Position numbers and translations under genes: made by a program
NCBI RefSeq assembly: GCF_964194025.1
Contig: NW_027449974.1
Span: 1-64,000, forward strand
Source of the DNA: Convolutriloba macropyga
Lineage: Eukaryota
Direction of reading: 5' to 3'
DNA: 64,000 nucleotides
Notes under the pieces: model-generated
Told to the model about the DNA's origin: nothing
Seen by the model: the letters and a program-made list of their open reading frames with translations, nothing else
The model's database searches: none
Shown here: positions 1 to 12,864 of the stretch, in pieces
How positions within the stretch are numbered: position 1 is the first letter of the stretch
Layout: each line of letters begins with the position of its first letter

Positions 1-1911
1 CAAATTGTTTTCTTTCAATTGAGTCATAGTGGAAATCAAACGAGAAAAATTTTGTTTTGTCCAATATTATTGCACCCAATGTTGTCTGCTTGTTCCACAA
101 AAATTTGTACCTCCGTATTATAACCACAAAAAATCGTTCTTGAACGCTTTTAAGCGTTTAGCGTTGGTTATTCTGTGTTCGCTCAAATTTTTTCCTCGGT
201 GCAAATAAATGAAATCGACCGATGGTGTTTTGAGTTTTCACAACATTTAAAATTAGCAGAGTTGGACATGAACTTGAAAACCTGTAACCCAAAATTCTAG
301 CTTCATGTTGGCGCATATTGTCACAGAGAAAATCTAAGGAGATAATCGTTTGTATTGGTTAAATTTGTGACACCGAAGAAGTTCTTCTTTTGTGGCATAG
401 TGAGAAATATAGATTAAGTTTAATGTAATGAAACGTGTGGTTCTCATTGTTGTAAAAAGTCTCTAATGTGGGATGCACAGCCTTTTCCCGAACGTTTTCT
501 GACGATACACTAATAAATTTTGAGCCGAGGTAGTATCTTTTTTGTAAAGAAATGCAGTCCGTGTTTTATTGTTTGTCTGGATTCTGTAAACTTGGTAATT
601 ATTGATTCGATTATGTAGATTGGCGTTCTGAGAACAAAATGGTTTCCCATAAAAAGTGATTCTTTCGTTTGTTCTGTGTTCGCTCAAATTTCTTCCTTGT
701 TGCAAGCTAATGAAATCGAGTGATGTTTTTTTGAGTTTTCAGAACTTTTAAAATTAGCACATTTTGACATCACCTTTAACTTTAAACTAACCAAATTCTG
801 GTCTATAATCAAACTTGGTCTACCTTGGTGTCATCATTAGCAGAATTGATTTTGATTGGTTTTTCATATTTTATATCAGTCAGGAGTGACATTAAGGTAA
901 CGCATGGGAGATCCTCGTAAACACAAAATTTGAATACAAAAGTTTCCAAAAAACCTATTTTATCCAATTTTTTTTTTCATTTTTTCCCGTGTCAACTTGT
1001 CTAATTTTACAGAAAAAGCAGGCAAAACAGTCTATGTTTGAAAACGTGCAGATGTTTCTCATCAACGAAAACAAAAGTTTTGGAAAACTTGGATATTATT
1101 TTTTTTTTCTAAGTTAAAAAAACAATATAGAAAAAATAGTACACCGTTAATGTTTTCAAATTATCTGGGCATCAAAAAGCTGTGCTGTTTTATTTATATC
1201 ATGTTTGAACTTCAGAATGGTCAAAAAACAAAAAATTTTGATAGCTTTAAATGGAAATCAAGTAACCGATTACAAAAAATTATCAATTGTTAAACAAAAG
1301 AAATATATTTGATCGGATGTTTACTTCTGTCTCCTACGACTCTCTTGAACGACTCAGTTTGAACGATTTTTGGCTTGCGAAGAATCGTAAGAATTTAAGA
1401 TGTTGGATTTCTTTAAGGTTAAGATATCCGGATCGCCTCGTCTGGGGTAATATGAATAATGTTAGTTGATAACGGGCAGAAATTTTAAAACAAGGCAAAA
1501 TAGATACATTTTATGATGACAAGCTGACGTCTAATTCTGGTTGACTAAGGTCTTGATGGTTCTGATTTTTGCTGTTCTTTGTCTGATTGGGTTTGCCTAA
1601 AAACGCGCCAAAAACGAGAAACTTTTGAAAAAGAGCTAGATACGGATCATGGCTGATTTTGGCCCCGATGGGTGTGATCTTTAACGCGCACCATGTAGGT
1701 CTGATCCTCATCAACTAAGGCCCCAAAAAAATCTCTAATTTTTCATCCTCTTTGATTTGCACACTATATTATTTCCAGGCCAAATCATTAGCCCACTATC
1801 ACATGTAAACATATCCAATTTGTTTCCGAATTGTCAAGTTGCAGCACGAGACGGCCGTGCATGTTACATTTTATTCTTCCAACCAATTTTTTTCGAAATC
1901 AATGCCTTATC

Positions 1912-2145
1912 AGTAGTAACATTTACAGACTGGAACATTGGAGGGGGTTGTCCTACCACGTAAGAGATAGGGTTGCACTGAGGACAACCCAAACTTTTAC
2001 ATTGGATAGGACAAACCAACCGTTTACATGGGATAGGACGACTCAAATTTTTGACGCAAGGACAGCTCCCTCCCAGTTTAAGCCAAGTTAATATCCAGAT
2101 ATTTCCCCCTCTATTTCCCGCTTTCTCCTTTTGAGGGATTTATTT
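1912..2145 (+). repeat. Left terminal inverted repeat of the Maverick
   Basis: Reverse complement aligns with 12865-13053 (e.g. CCCTATCTCTTACGTGG, TTGGCTTAAACTGxGAGGGAGCTGTCC). Carries extra ~26-bp subrepeats (TTACATxGGATAGGAC). Confidence 0.9.
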
Positions 2146-2631
2146 ATGTTTATGAAAGTGTGAAAATAAATAAAATATTTAGACTTATCTGAAAGACTGG
2201 ATATAAATTGTGATCTTATTGTTAAACCAAACCACGCAATATGCTCAAATTCACTATTTAAAATACACCTTAACAACACAAACTTGGGTTGAGAAATTGA
2301 ACCGTAATTTAACAAAAAATCTGTACAATCGGAAATTTACAACACACATTAAAAGCGTTGTTTCTGAAAACAGTATTGAACAAGTGTAGGTTAAACCTTT
2401 GAGAGAGCTTTTGAGTGATAACTGAGCCATTTTTAACAACATATTACAAAAAATACTAAGAAATGAAGAAGAAAAGTTCGAACATTCAATCTTTTCAGTT
2501 ATTAGAGGGAGTATATAAACAAATGGGGATTTTTTGAGAGTGTGTTAAAAGCACTGAATAGTTTTAAATTGAAAAAAAAAATTAAAACTCAATTCTTAAC
2601 AGCTCCAGACATAAAACTACGGCTGAAAATT

Positions 2632-5388
2632 CTAAATTTTTATTTGTCCCTTTTTACATGGTGGTATCATTTCTTCCTCCTCCGAATCGGTGATTTCACC
2701 TCTCTCGTCAGATTCGACAGCATCAAAATCTATGAATAGACAATTGGTTGGAGATTGATTGTCAATTATTGCATTCCAATTGACATTATCTTCACTATCC
2801 AAGTCCGGTTCGTTTAGTTTTCTTTCGATTCCGGGATCGGCTGGCTGCATTTTTTAGTTGAAGCAGGGAGTGTGCTGTCCGACTCGTTATCACGTTCCCA
2901 TTTTTCCTCAACAGATCCTCAATTTGATCTTGAGTCAGTGCTGCCCACTCTGGATCAGTTTCAAGATCAGTGGATTCAATTGCGTCTGCATGACCGAACG
3001 GCAAAGTTTTTATTCTGCCCCAAGAATGAAACGGTTGTCATCTAAGGGACTAAGGAACAGCTTTTTGATTGAAACGGTCTGTAGAAAGTGACGGTCTGAC
3101 AAAATTTTGTTCATTGCTGTTCGTAGTATGGATGACAGGAACAGATGGTCTCGGTATTACTGCTGGGTTAATTGTTCCCAAGCGGCCCCGGTACCACGTT
3201 TTACAGAGGTCGTTTTGGGAGTCTAAATACAAATAATTACGAGAAAGCGTAAAAATTTAAACAATTTTGCGTCAGAAATGTTTTCCAAGGAGATCGTTGC
3301 CGGTTCTTGCTTCTCTCAAAGTTTAGTGTGATAGTTGTGTGATAATGACCAACCAAAATCAAACCAAAGTTATAAAACAAAGTAAACCTGTTTGGCTTGT
3401 TGAAGATAAAGAATATAACTTTGGCTTCAGCGAACCAATTTCGCTGATGAATTTTCTAGCGATTTCTTACTTATATATATGAGAACCACGAGTTTGTTAT
3501 TGTTGTTGAAAAACTAATGCTCCTTAGGGTAATTTAAAAAATCAGACAATGGAAAAATTTTTGGCTGTTGCAGCTAATTCCTTGTAGAAGTCGTCAGATC
3601 GAAATTTATATAACAGACTGTTTGTGTCAGAAAACAGCATGTGACAATCAAAATGCGGCTTTGTTATGGCATAGTGAAACCCATTCATTCGAAATTTATC
3701 TAAATCCGGAATTGTTGCGCCAACAATTGTTGAAATATCCCATTAGATTCTCTTTGGGTCGTAGGTGACTGCAGCCGAAATTTTGCCAAAAAATGGAAGG
3801 GTTCAAAGGTAAAACGTGATACGTTCTTGAGCACCTGATTTTCATTCTACGCTAAAGTGAATTTCATTCTCCGTCTTTTTTACACAGGTTTTACCATAGG
3901 CGCTGTTTGTCATAAGTTTGAACAATTTTTTTCCAAATTGGTTCCTCGAGGTCTGTTTCTTTTCTGCGTTTAGTTTGATTTATGACTCCATCCAGTTAGC
4001 TTTTGAAAAGTGGGGCACGCAAGGTTTTCTTTCAAATATCAGGCCAAGTTTCACATAAAGTTGAATATTCCGATAATGGTGGAGCTTGTAACGTTTTTTT
4101 TCCGAAATGGTTTGTAATAAATTGGGGACAGATGACCGCGTCATGTTTACATTGAACAATATTTCTCTTTGGTAAGTGATGAGCCACTCATCGGGTACCA
4201 ATTTTTGTCATTTCTCCAGAAGCAAATCACGGTGGAGGTGTCGAATATTGTTTGGATACATTAAAATATCTTCAAGGTTGTAACATATTGGAGAATCGAT
4301 TGGAGTTTTGAGTGCCTGCTCGAGTAAGACTTCCAGTTTGAAAATTGATACACGTAGACGATTTGGAGCTCCTGTGTTTCGTGAAATTCTCTGAGTCTAG
4401 AAAACACATCGCGGGGATTGTTAGTCTCAGCTTTCCTGTTTGTAGCTGGTTTAGTCAATTGTGTTCTAATGTCTCGGGAAGAGTCAGCTAAAATTGGTCC
4501 GTGCAGTTCTTGGTACCGTTTTGTGAAATAGTAGTTGAAACAATCTAATTAATCATGGTTGTGTATGTTGAGTAAGTAGCGTTGATTCCGAAGACAAAGA
4601 AGAAGCTCAATAAAAGATGAACCACGTATTGGCGGAAATTTAGCAAGTTTTAACTCAAGCCTTAAAATTATTGGAAGAATCCAACCCTTTTCATTAGATG
4701 CGAGCACGAACAAAACAGTCAGCATCTTTTCCTCCATGCTAAAAAGTGTTTCGTTAGACATTTGATGATGAACAAGTGTCAACTCAGAATTGGCGTAGAC
4801 ACCAATATCGGATGCTTCTCCGTCGTCACGCGCATCTTTATGAACTGTAGCTTCGAGCTGATTTAAAGTTTTGTGAACTTTTGTTCAATGTTTTCTATTC
4901 AAATATGTTTTTGGTTTCCTGTCTCTGAGCAGTCATCAAATCGAGAAGGCCCACGGTGTTGTTACTATCTACAATACGACACGACTGAAGACTCCTTCTA
5001 AAGGCCGACTCTATGAGGGCACTTCGTTGCTCGTGTTGTTGCATTTGTTGCTGTTGTTGTTGTTTTTGATCTCCCAGTTGATGCGCATTGTTGAACTTGA
5101 CAGATACTTGAACTTCAAATGTATTACATGCTATTTTCTGATGTGTTCGTTGAACATGTTTTTATCGTTGAAAGCAAGAATATAATAATGACATTGCTTT
5201 GTTACTGCGGTATGAAAGTCATAGAGTTGACATTGAATTTCAGTTAATTTACTGCAAAAAACTGAACAAATTGAGCAACGTTATACGGTTATACTATTCT
5301 GGTAAGCATGAACACTGCATTCATGACGAGCACTGTTATTACTTTTGTTGCTGTAAAAAGTGTCGCAAAAGTTACACTTTTCTGACAA
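2632..5388 (-). pseudogene. Protein-primed family B DNA polymerase (pPolB) remnant with N-terminal C2H2 zinc fingers; frameshifted, exonuclease/motif A region deleted
   Basis: Motifs occur in the expected order on the minus strand: C2H2-like fingers (~5388-5130), PPIRGSSFIEL..LLNIHNHD (~4640-4550), HYRNIQLYVKLG (~4080-4045), FKLMTNSAYGKT (motif B, ~3925-3890), FSDTNS (motif C, ~3635-3615), LKPKLYS (~3430-3410), LSPLDDNRFIL and TLPFGH (~3060-2990). Confidence 0.9.
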
Positions 5389-5574
5389 ATTCAAGATAAA
5401 ATTTGTCAAACGTTTTATATAAGCAGATTTTTTTTAATTTGGTGGGAATGAAACTTAATTTACCGTAGTGCTGCAAAGTTTGAAACTTTGCGCTCGCAGA
5501 TTTGAATTTGAAAGTAGCTGATCAAATTGAAGTAAACTTGAAAGCGCGACAAAAGTCAAATTTCAACTAGAAAA

Positions 5575-8500
5575 TGTTCATCACTCAATCTTAGGAGAGA
5601 AAGAATTTGAACCACCAAAAAACGGTTTAGAAAGCGGGCAGATTAGAGTGAATGTACCTTCAACTTCTATGATTTTAATTTACAATCAAAAATAAATTTA
5701 GGAAAAAGTTGAAATTTTTGAGCTTGACAGAGTTGTGGTCTAAGGTCTTTTGAAGCTTACAAGCTAGGGAGCTCATGAACACATTTACTCTACGGCTCTA
5801 TATTGAGGTTTATAATACAAAAAAGGTCTCAAGTTGGTTAGGCATCAGTAAGACTATTTAATAAACATCAGTTTAAACTGCATCGAAAGCTGAGTTTTTT
5901 TTCGAAATGACTTTGACGTCTAAAGAAAGAGTTTTGCAAAGATATCAAGCGCTGACGAAAATGACTGAGATCCACAAGAGGCTTTCTATGATTCTATGAC
6001 TTTATTATACAATCAAAAATAAATTTAGGAAAAAGTTGAAAATTTTGAACTAGACAGAGTTGTTGGTTCATGTCTCGGAAGCATGCATGCTAGGGAGCGC
6101 ACGAACGCATTTTATCTACGGCTCTATATTGAGGTATGTAATACAAAAAAGGCTCAAATGGTTAGGCATCAACAAGACTATTAAAAAAACATCAGTTTAA
6201 ACGGTTCGAAAGCTGAATTTTTTTTCAAATTACGGTGGCATCTAAAAAAAGCATTTTACATGGATTCCAAGTGTTGACGAACATGACTGAGATTCAAACG
6301 AGGCTCTCTTTGTTGATGGAATGTTCTTATATAAGAATTTTGTGTAAACAATTCAACGATAATTACTGTGTTTTTTCCATTTTTTAAGTTTTTTTTTGTT
6401 GAAAATGATTAAGGAGTTGAGACTTTTTCTTCAAGAACAAAATAATGACAAACCTAAGTCACTTCATCAGCTCTCTAACAGGTTCCCATTATAGGAAAGT
6501 TTCTGTTTAGTAAGGATAAAACTGCCTCCTCCATGTTACAAAATTGCGATTTTTAGTATTTGGGATTAAGAGGGTTAACTAAAACAACAAACAATAAATC
6601 GCAAAAAAACACTACGTTGCTGGAAATTTTTGGACCTCAGGACTCTGAAGTCTTTGATAGTGGCGAAATTTGTCCGTTGTATGAGCGTATCCCCGATCAT
6701 TTTAGAAAATTGTTTCTTTCGGATCATTGCAGAAAGTTATTTTGTTATTTTTGCAAAAGTTATTGAAAAAAAAATTGTTTTCGATAGGAAATTTGCCCCT
6801 GTTACAGCGATCAAAAGCATGCTGCTCATTGATATCATCGCAAAATCACTTTCGTTTTCGCGGATCTTGAGTCTTGATTTCGCTGATTTGAATCCAAATG
6901 AAAATTTTTATTGATTTTAAGAAAAACGGGCAAGATATGAATGCAAAAATTACAAAGTTGATGTTTTCAGACTTGTGTTTAGTGAAAACAGTAAATGAGC
7001 AAACACTAGAACAATATCACCAGAGCATCAAGGCTGGTAAAACTTCATTGTTTAATGCAAAACACATCAGAAAGTCCATTTCAGTCGTTTACCATTTCTA
7101 CTGGATTTTTGGTTTTCCTCTTATTTTTCGAAATTTCAACAGTTTCTTCAAATTAAGAGCTTTTTATTGCAAAATTAATCTCCCTGGGGCAAACGAATAA
7201 ATGTATCTTTTGTTTTTTTGTTTATTTGTCGTTTTTTTCTTAATAAATAACATTTATCTGCAATCTATAAATTTTTTAAAAATTTTTTTTGTACAAAAAG
7301 CTGCAATATGAAATAGACAAGTCTGATAACTAAAAGCGGTGAAATTTGCTAGTTTGTTATATGAACTAGTCCACACAAGTACTTTTTCAACAAAGTGCGT
7401 TTATTGAAATTCATGTGGAACATGATTGAACTTGTTCAATTCCTTACGAAAGGCTTGAAGGTTTTCATTGTGCATTAATTGTCTATCAAATACACAAATT
7501 GGTTTGTCTACAAAGCCAATCATCACAATTGGACGAATGAAAAAAAATGTCAGGTACAGAATTGTTGAGCAATCTAAAGCACGCAGATGGGAATACAGTT
7601 TCAGTTCTTTTTTAAAATATCAAATATATATCCAACATGTTGTTTTCTGGTCTTCGTTTTTCGGGAGCCGCACAAACTTGCGGTGTCTCAGAGATTTCTG
7701 GCGTTTCAAAAAAGTCTGAAGTTGATTGCTGTGATATATGAATGTTTGTACCGGATAGAATGTTCATGTCGAAATCTTGGTTTGCGTTGCTCAGAATTTA
7801 AATAACAACAAAACGGTTGAAAAAGCAGGCAGTTTAGAGTGAATATATCTTCAACTTCTATGATTTCATTATACAATAAAAAAAAAACTTTAGGAAGAAG
7901 TTGAACAATTCGAACAGGACAAAGTTCTTGGTGCATTTCTCGGATGCATGCATGCTAAGGAGGCATGGACACATTTGCTCTACGGCTCTATATTGAGGTA
8001 TGTGATACAAAGAAAAGCTCAAATTGATTAGGTATCAACAAGACTATTGAGAAAAACGTCAGTTGAAACTGCATCGGAAGTTGAGTTTTTTCGTATGACT
8101 TTGACATCTAGAGAAGGGATTTTACAAGGAGTCCAGTTGTTGACAAACCTTACTGAGATCCACATGAGGCTCTTTGTTGATGGCATGCCCTTTTATAGGA
8201 CTTCCCATTACAGAAAGCTTTCTGTTCAGTAAGGGTAAAAATGCCTCCTTCAAGTTAAAAAAGCAATTTTTTAGTTTGTGGGGACTAAGAGCGATTAACT
8301 AAAATAACAACCATAAAAAGCAAAAAAATTACGCTGCAGGATAATTTTGAACCTTGGGCGTGTGAGATCTTTTATAGCGGAGAAAATTGTCTATCGTATG
8401 AGCGTATCCCCATTCATTTACGACAAATTTTTCTTTGCTTTCGGATCATCGCAAAAAAGTTGTTTTTGTTAAATTTGTTGAAAAAAAGCTCAATAGCATG

Positions 8501-8800
8501 CTACTCATTGCATTGACATCATCGCGGAATTATTCTTCTTTCCGCGAATCATGAATCTCAGCTGATTTGAATCAAAACGAAATTTTTGTTGTTTAAGAAA
8601 ACCGGGCAAGACGTATATGTGAAAGATATAAAGTTGAAGGTTTTAAACTTGTGTTTAATGAAAGCAGTAAATGAGCAAACACTAGAACAATCTCATTAGA
8701 ACATCAAGGCTTGCAAAAGCTCATTTCCAATAACACATCAGAAAGTCCATGTCAGTCGTTTACAATTTTTCCTCTTAATTTTTGGAACTTTAACAGTGTT
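5575..8800 (+). repeat. Internal direct duplications of decayed orphan Maverick ORFs
   Basis: A ~320-bp block (CTACGGCTCTATATTGAGG..AAGACTATT..) occurs three times (~5665, ~5992, ~7856). ~6480-7150 is repeated at ~8200-8800. Confidence 0.85.
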
Positions 8801-8989
8801 TTCAAAATAATGCTGCTTTCAGAGGGCTCCGTTTTGCTGAGTAGAGCTGCAATAGCATTAATAAAGAACTTTGGAATTATACAATGCTGGTATACTGTCC
8901 AAACTTCGCCAACGTTTTTCTGTTGAATCAAAACAACAAAATTTTTGTACGAAAAATTTGTCTAATAAGGAAGCGTTTGTTCTAAAGAA

Positions 8990-9500
8990 ATGGCTGATAC
9001 AGAAAAAATTTTATCAGACATTTTAACAACAAAAATTGAACGAGCACAAACTGAAAAGTCTTAAGTAAAGATTGAAATTACGACTGTTAATCAAGAGAAA
9101 CCGAACGAAATGAACACAATAATTTTAGTGCTAAAAAAACGTAACACACCTTACAGCTCATCTAGGATCCCAATTGTTTTTATTTTTTTTCTTCAGGTTT
9201 TGCGTTATAACGGGCCACCAACCAAGTTAAGCTATGATACACAATACGTTGGACTCTAGGTTATTGCTTATATAGGTTAACATCAGATTTGAGTTTTCTG
9301 TATAAAATTACTAACTATGATGCATGTTTCCAGTAAATTGGAATTCACTTGAACCTCAAGATGTGCTTTTCAGGACTTCAAAAAGCGTACCTAGCGACCC
9401 ATCTGTTTCAAATTGTTGTATACAATCTTTAAAAACGGTCCGCACTTATGATTTCCTTCTATTAAAATTCTTTTTACACTTCCCCTCGGCTTTTTAATTA
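8990..9500 (+). pseudogene. Decayed orphan Maverick gene with two putative short introns (9141-9196, 9276-9333)
   Basis: ATG-led MADTEKILSDILTTKIERAQ...; GTAACA...TTTTTTTTCTTCAG (56 nt) and GTTAAC...CTAAC...TTTCCAG (58 nt). The exon 2/3 junction is in phase. In-frame stops are present. Confidence 0.45.
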
Positions 9501-11010
9501 CACTTGAGGTCACATCCGTTTTGTTTTATGTCACATTTAAGGAAAAGCGAAGAAAACCTTATCTAAGGTCACATCTGAAATTAATTATACAGTCCAATGC
9601 AACAGACAGAGTCAGCTGGATTTAACTGAACAAAATGACTACACTGATTTGAACCCTACTTGCCGCCGCCATTAGTTTGACTCCTTACACATAGCAAAAC
9701 ATTAGAATACTTGAAAGTGATAAAAAAATGCGCACTTTGCCTTTCACTTCCACTAAATATACATAAATTGTTGATTGCTCTTTTGATATTTCCAAAACCG
9801 ATAAGCATTTGATTAAGGCAAAGCGGAATTATGTGATAGTACAGGAACATATGTATTTCTGAAACTGGTTAAAAAGGCAGCAGAAGATTAAGAGTGTGTT
9901 CACAGAATTTCGTTAACTGTGCAAGAATATGGGAGCTTGTTCAATTCGGCACAGAAGATACTTGAATCAGTAGTTCAACAAATGTCAGCAAAGGAGCGCT
10001 CAAGAAAATCACCACCAAATAAAAGGCCTCAACTCCAACACAAAAATGTCAGCAATAATGGTGGAAGCAAGGTACGAACGTTTGCAAAGGTATTTCAAAC
10101 ACTGTCAAACAATTTAAATTCAAAATTGTTGATCACAAGCCAATAGTCATAACGAGTTTGAATAATTATGCAGTTTGTCCTCATTTTGAGTTCAAGTTTT
10201 GCCAGCTAGCAACTAACAAACTTTTAGAAACAAATTTTAATTGATAGTTCAACTGAAATTGGGTCTACAAAGCAAAGCAAATCAATTGCCGTCCCCTCTC
10301 TTTCCCTAATTTCCAAACACCTTTTTTAAATTCTTACAAAATGGAAACGAGTGGAGATATATTTACAAAGCTCAATTTAGCCGTTGACTTCAATGACAAA
10401 ACAGGAGAAGGAATGGACTCAGCAACGGTTCACAAGCGTCTTCCCATTTAATTTTCAGCCACAGCCAAGCCAAATGAGTTGACGACGATAAAACGACGGC
10501 GAAAAAACATCAACTACAGAAACTACACAGAAAACAATCCACAATGGTATCTCAACAGCAACTGGCGATCTCAACAGAAAACTCAAGCTAACCAATTTTG
10601 TACGGAAACTTAAAAACAAGATGAAACACTTTTAAGTGGTCTTCATTTTGGTGCCTTTTGTAAAGGTATGGGTATATTTGAAAGTGGTTGTGGGAAACTA
10701 TTTATTGTGTGTTTGAAGAAAAAATTAATATTAAAAAAGGACATTTTACTCGCCACCTATTATAGTTAATCTTCATTTGAAGTGCAAAGTGAAGCAATTG
10801 AACTTCATTAATTTTTACAATTCGTCTTCCACTAAATATAACATGCTCAAAATAAATATCAGAAAATCCTGAGTTTTGACTCTGAATCGCTTGGTGTTCG
10901 AGAAATCAGCATCTTTGTGCATTATTGCTCTGAGAAAAGAGTCGGTTTTGTACGTCTCTATAAGCAACAATTGATTGTCCCAAGGGGTCGGCAAATACAA
11001 TTTTTTGTTT

Positions 11011-11105
11011 CTAATTCAGTTTGAAAATCAATTCAGTTTTGCCACAATAAGATGGACCAGACACTGCCATGAAGAGTCCTTTGCTCGTTGAAATAGTTTT
11101 TTCAC
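11011..11105 (-). pseudogene. Maverick packaging ATPase (FtsK/HerA, A32-like) N-terminal fragment
   Basis: KTISTSKGLFMAVSGPSYCGKTELIFK: a beta-strand plus Walker A motif (11035-11058), truncated immediately afterwards. Confidence 0.8.
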
Positions 11106-11659
11106 AAATATTGGTTTGGAAGGTCGTAGCAAAGTGCAAGAGAGGCGCAAGAACCAAAATATTGACCCCTCGTAATCCAATTAGGAAAGCACCATCTTGA
11201 TAAGAGATACTGCAATAAGAAAAATTATAAGGAAAATTTGAGTAAAATAAACATCTTCTGATCGTGGAACTCTTGTTTTTCAAAATCTCAATGATTTCCT
11301 TTCTTGTTCGTTCTCATCAAAAACTATTTGGTTATGCCAACCCCCGAATCTAACTGATCCGCAGTTGACCTCATGGGATAACGGTTTCTCAAAAGTGAAC
11401 TCGAACAAAATAATTATTTTTTGAAATCAAATAAAACATGAAAATTATTATTGATAGTCTATTAAAAAATCATAAGTTTTTATCCTATATTTGTGGGCAG
11501 ATGTATGGCATGCTTTCATGCCCTACTCCATCCCGTAACACATAACTGAAAACACGCATCCTTGTTTTACAAGCTGCCTAAATCCATCAGGAAGATTTTT
11601 ATCGTTCAGAGGCACTTGCACTGGAACTGATCTTTTGGGCATAGGTCACGGGGATAGAT

Positions 11660-12354
11660 TCATGCTTTGCATTTTCTCTTTAATAGAAATGATACAGCTG
11701 AATATATTCTAATAGTGATCGATATTTTCGGAAGGGTTCTGTTTTGGTTGATATGCAAACAACTTGCTGTTTCCTCAATACTGTTTGTCCCCGACTGCAA
11801 TTTTTTTTTCTCCTTGACTCGTGTAACAGTCAATTGACTCTCAGCTGTTAAGCAACAGTAAACGATCACATTTGAAGTCAACTTCAGTTGGGGTACAGAC
11901 GGTGCTGTCTTTTCTAATCGACGGTTGTTCCTGGATCATTCAATAGTAGAAAAGTTGAGCCTTCTTCCTCGCACAATGTTTTTTTTCTGTTGCTCAGGGA
12001 AAGCTGTTGAAAGCAAGTCACAGATTGGGGTCTCCCGAAAGACAGTCAAAAAGTTCAATTTTGCGGCATAGCAACTTCTCAATGTTTGTAAATTTTTCTG
12101 AAGCAGTTTTTGCATCGCTTCAGTTTTCTCTGCCCATTTCGAATAAAAATCTGATTGAAGAAATGGAAGCACTACACTCTGTAGAATTGGTTGCAGATAG
12201 CTCTCTGGGTAATCTCCCAATCCAAACTATGAAAAGATTTTGAAACCCACTGATAAGATTTTTGTTCACTCAAAGTAAGAGAATTAAATGGGTGCGGAGG
12301 CGAGAATGAAATTATGCGGATGTAATTATTCGAAGTTATAGCTAGCTCTTTCAC
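11660..12354 (-). pseudogene. Decayed orphan ORF near the right end of the Maverick
   Basis: Abutting minus-strand ORF pieces (12172-12354, 11936-12220, 11660-11881) with coding-like composition; no recognised motif. Confidence 0.45.
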
Positions 12355-12864
12355 AGTAAAATCAGGTTTCTTTTTGCTTCCAAAGCCTTCAAAATAATCA
12401 CTCTTACAGTCAATACTCTAATCGATTGAATAAATGATTTATGAAAGATTTTAAGTATATACAAAAAAGCAATGCCAGTCACATGACCCAGATATTCTTT
12501 TTTGACCGGACAGGGTAAAAATTATGAATAACTGGGTACATTCTCACACTAGTCATTAACGAAACCACAAGTGTCGTGAAGTATAGCTTGCAAACGCAAA
12601 ATTCTAAAATTTTTGTGATAATTTTCTAACAAAGAATTGTCAATCACAATCAATCCACCATACGGCTTCAATTTCATTGCCATTTCCAAATCGAGGCCAG
12701 GATCCAAATACAAACAAGCTGCTAAAAGTTAAAAAAAATCTTCAGCCGTTTTGTGAATATTCTTTTTTTGTCATTGCTGTCATTGCGCACTACTCCAAAA
12801 ATGGCAATTTCTACACAGTTACTCAATCCTCTTGATCCCTTTCAGTCAATTAAACAGTGCTAAG

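Noticed and set aside
3050-3232. Independent 60-aa ORF from the ORF track
   Set aside because: It is an off-frame reading of the pPolB C-terminal region.
6330-6481. Intron (ends CTAACAG) present in one duplicate and absent in the other
   Set aside because: No GT donor. The segment contains an ATG-led frame (MIKELRLFLQEQ) continuing downstream, so a deletion in the second copy is simpler.
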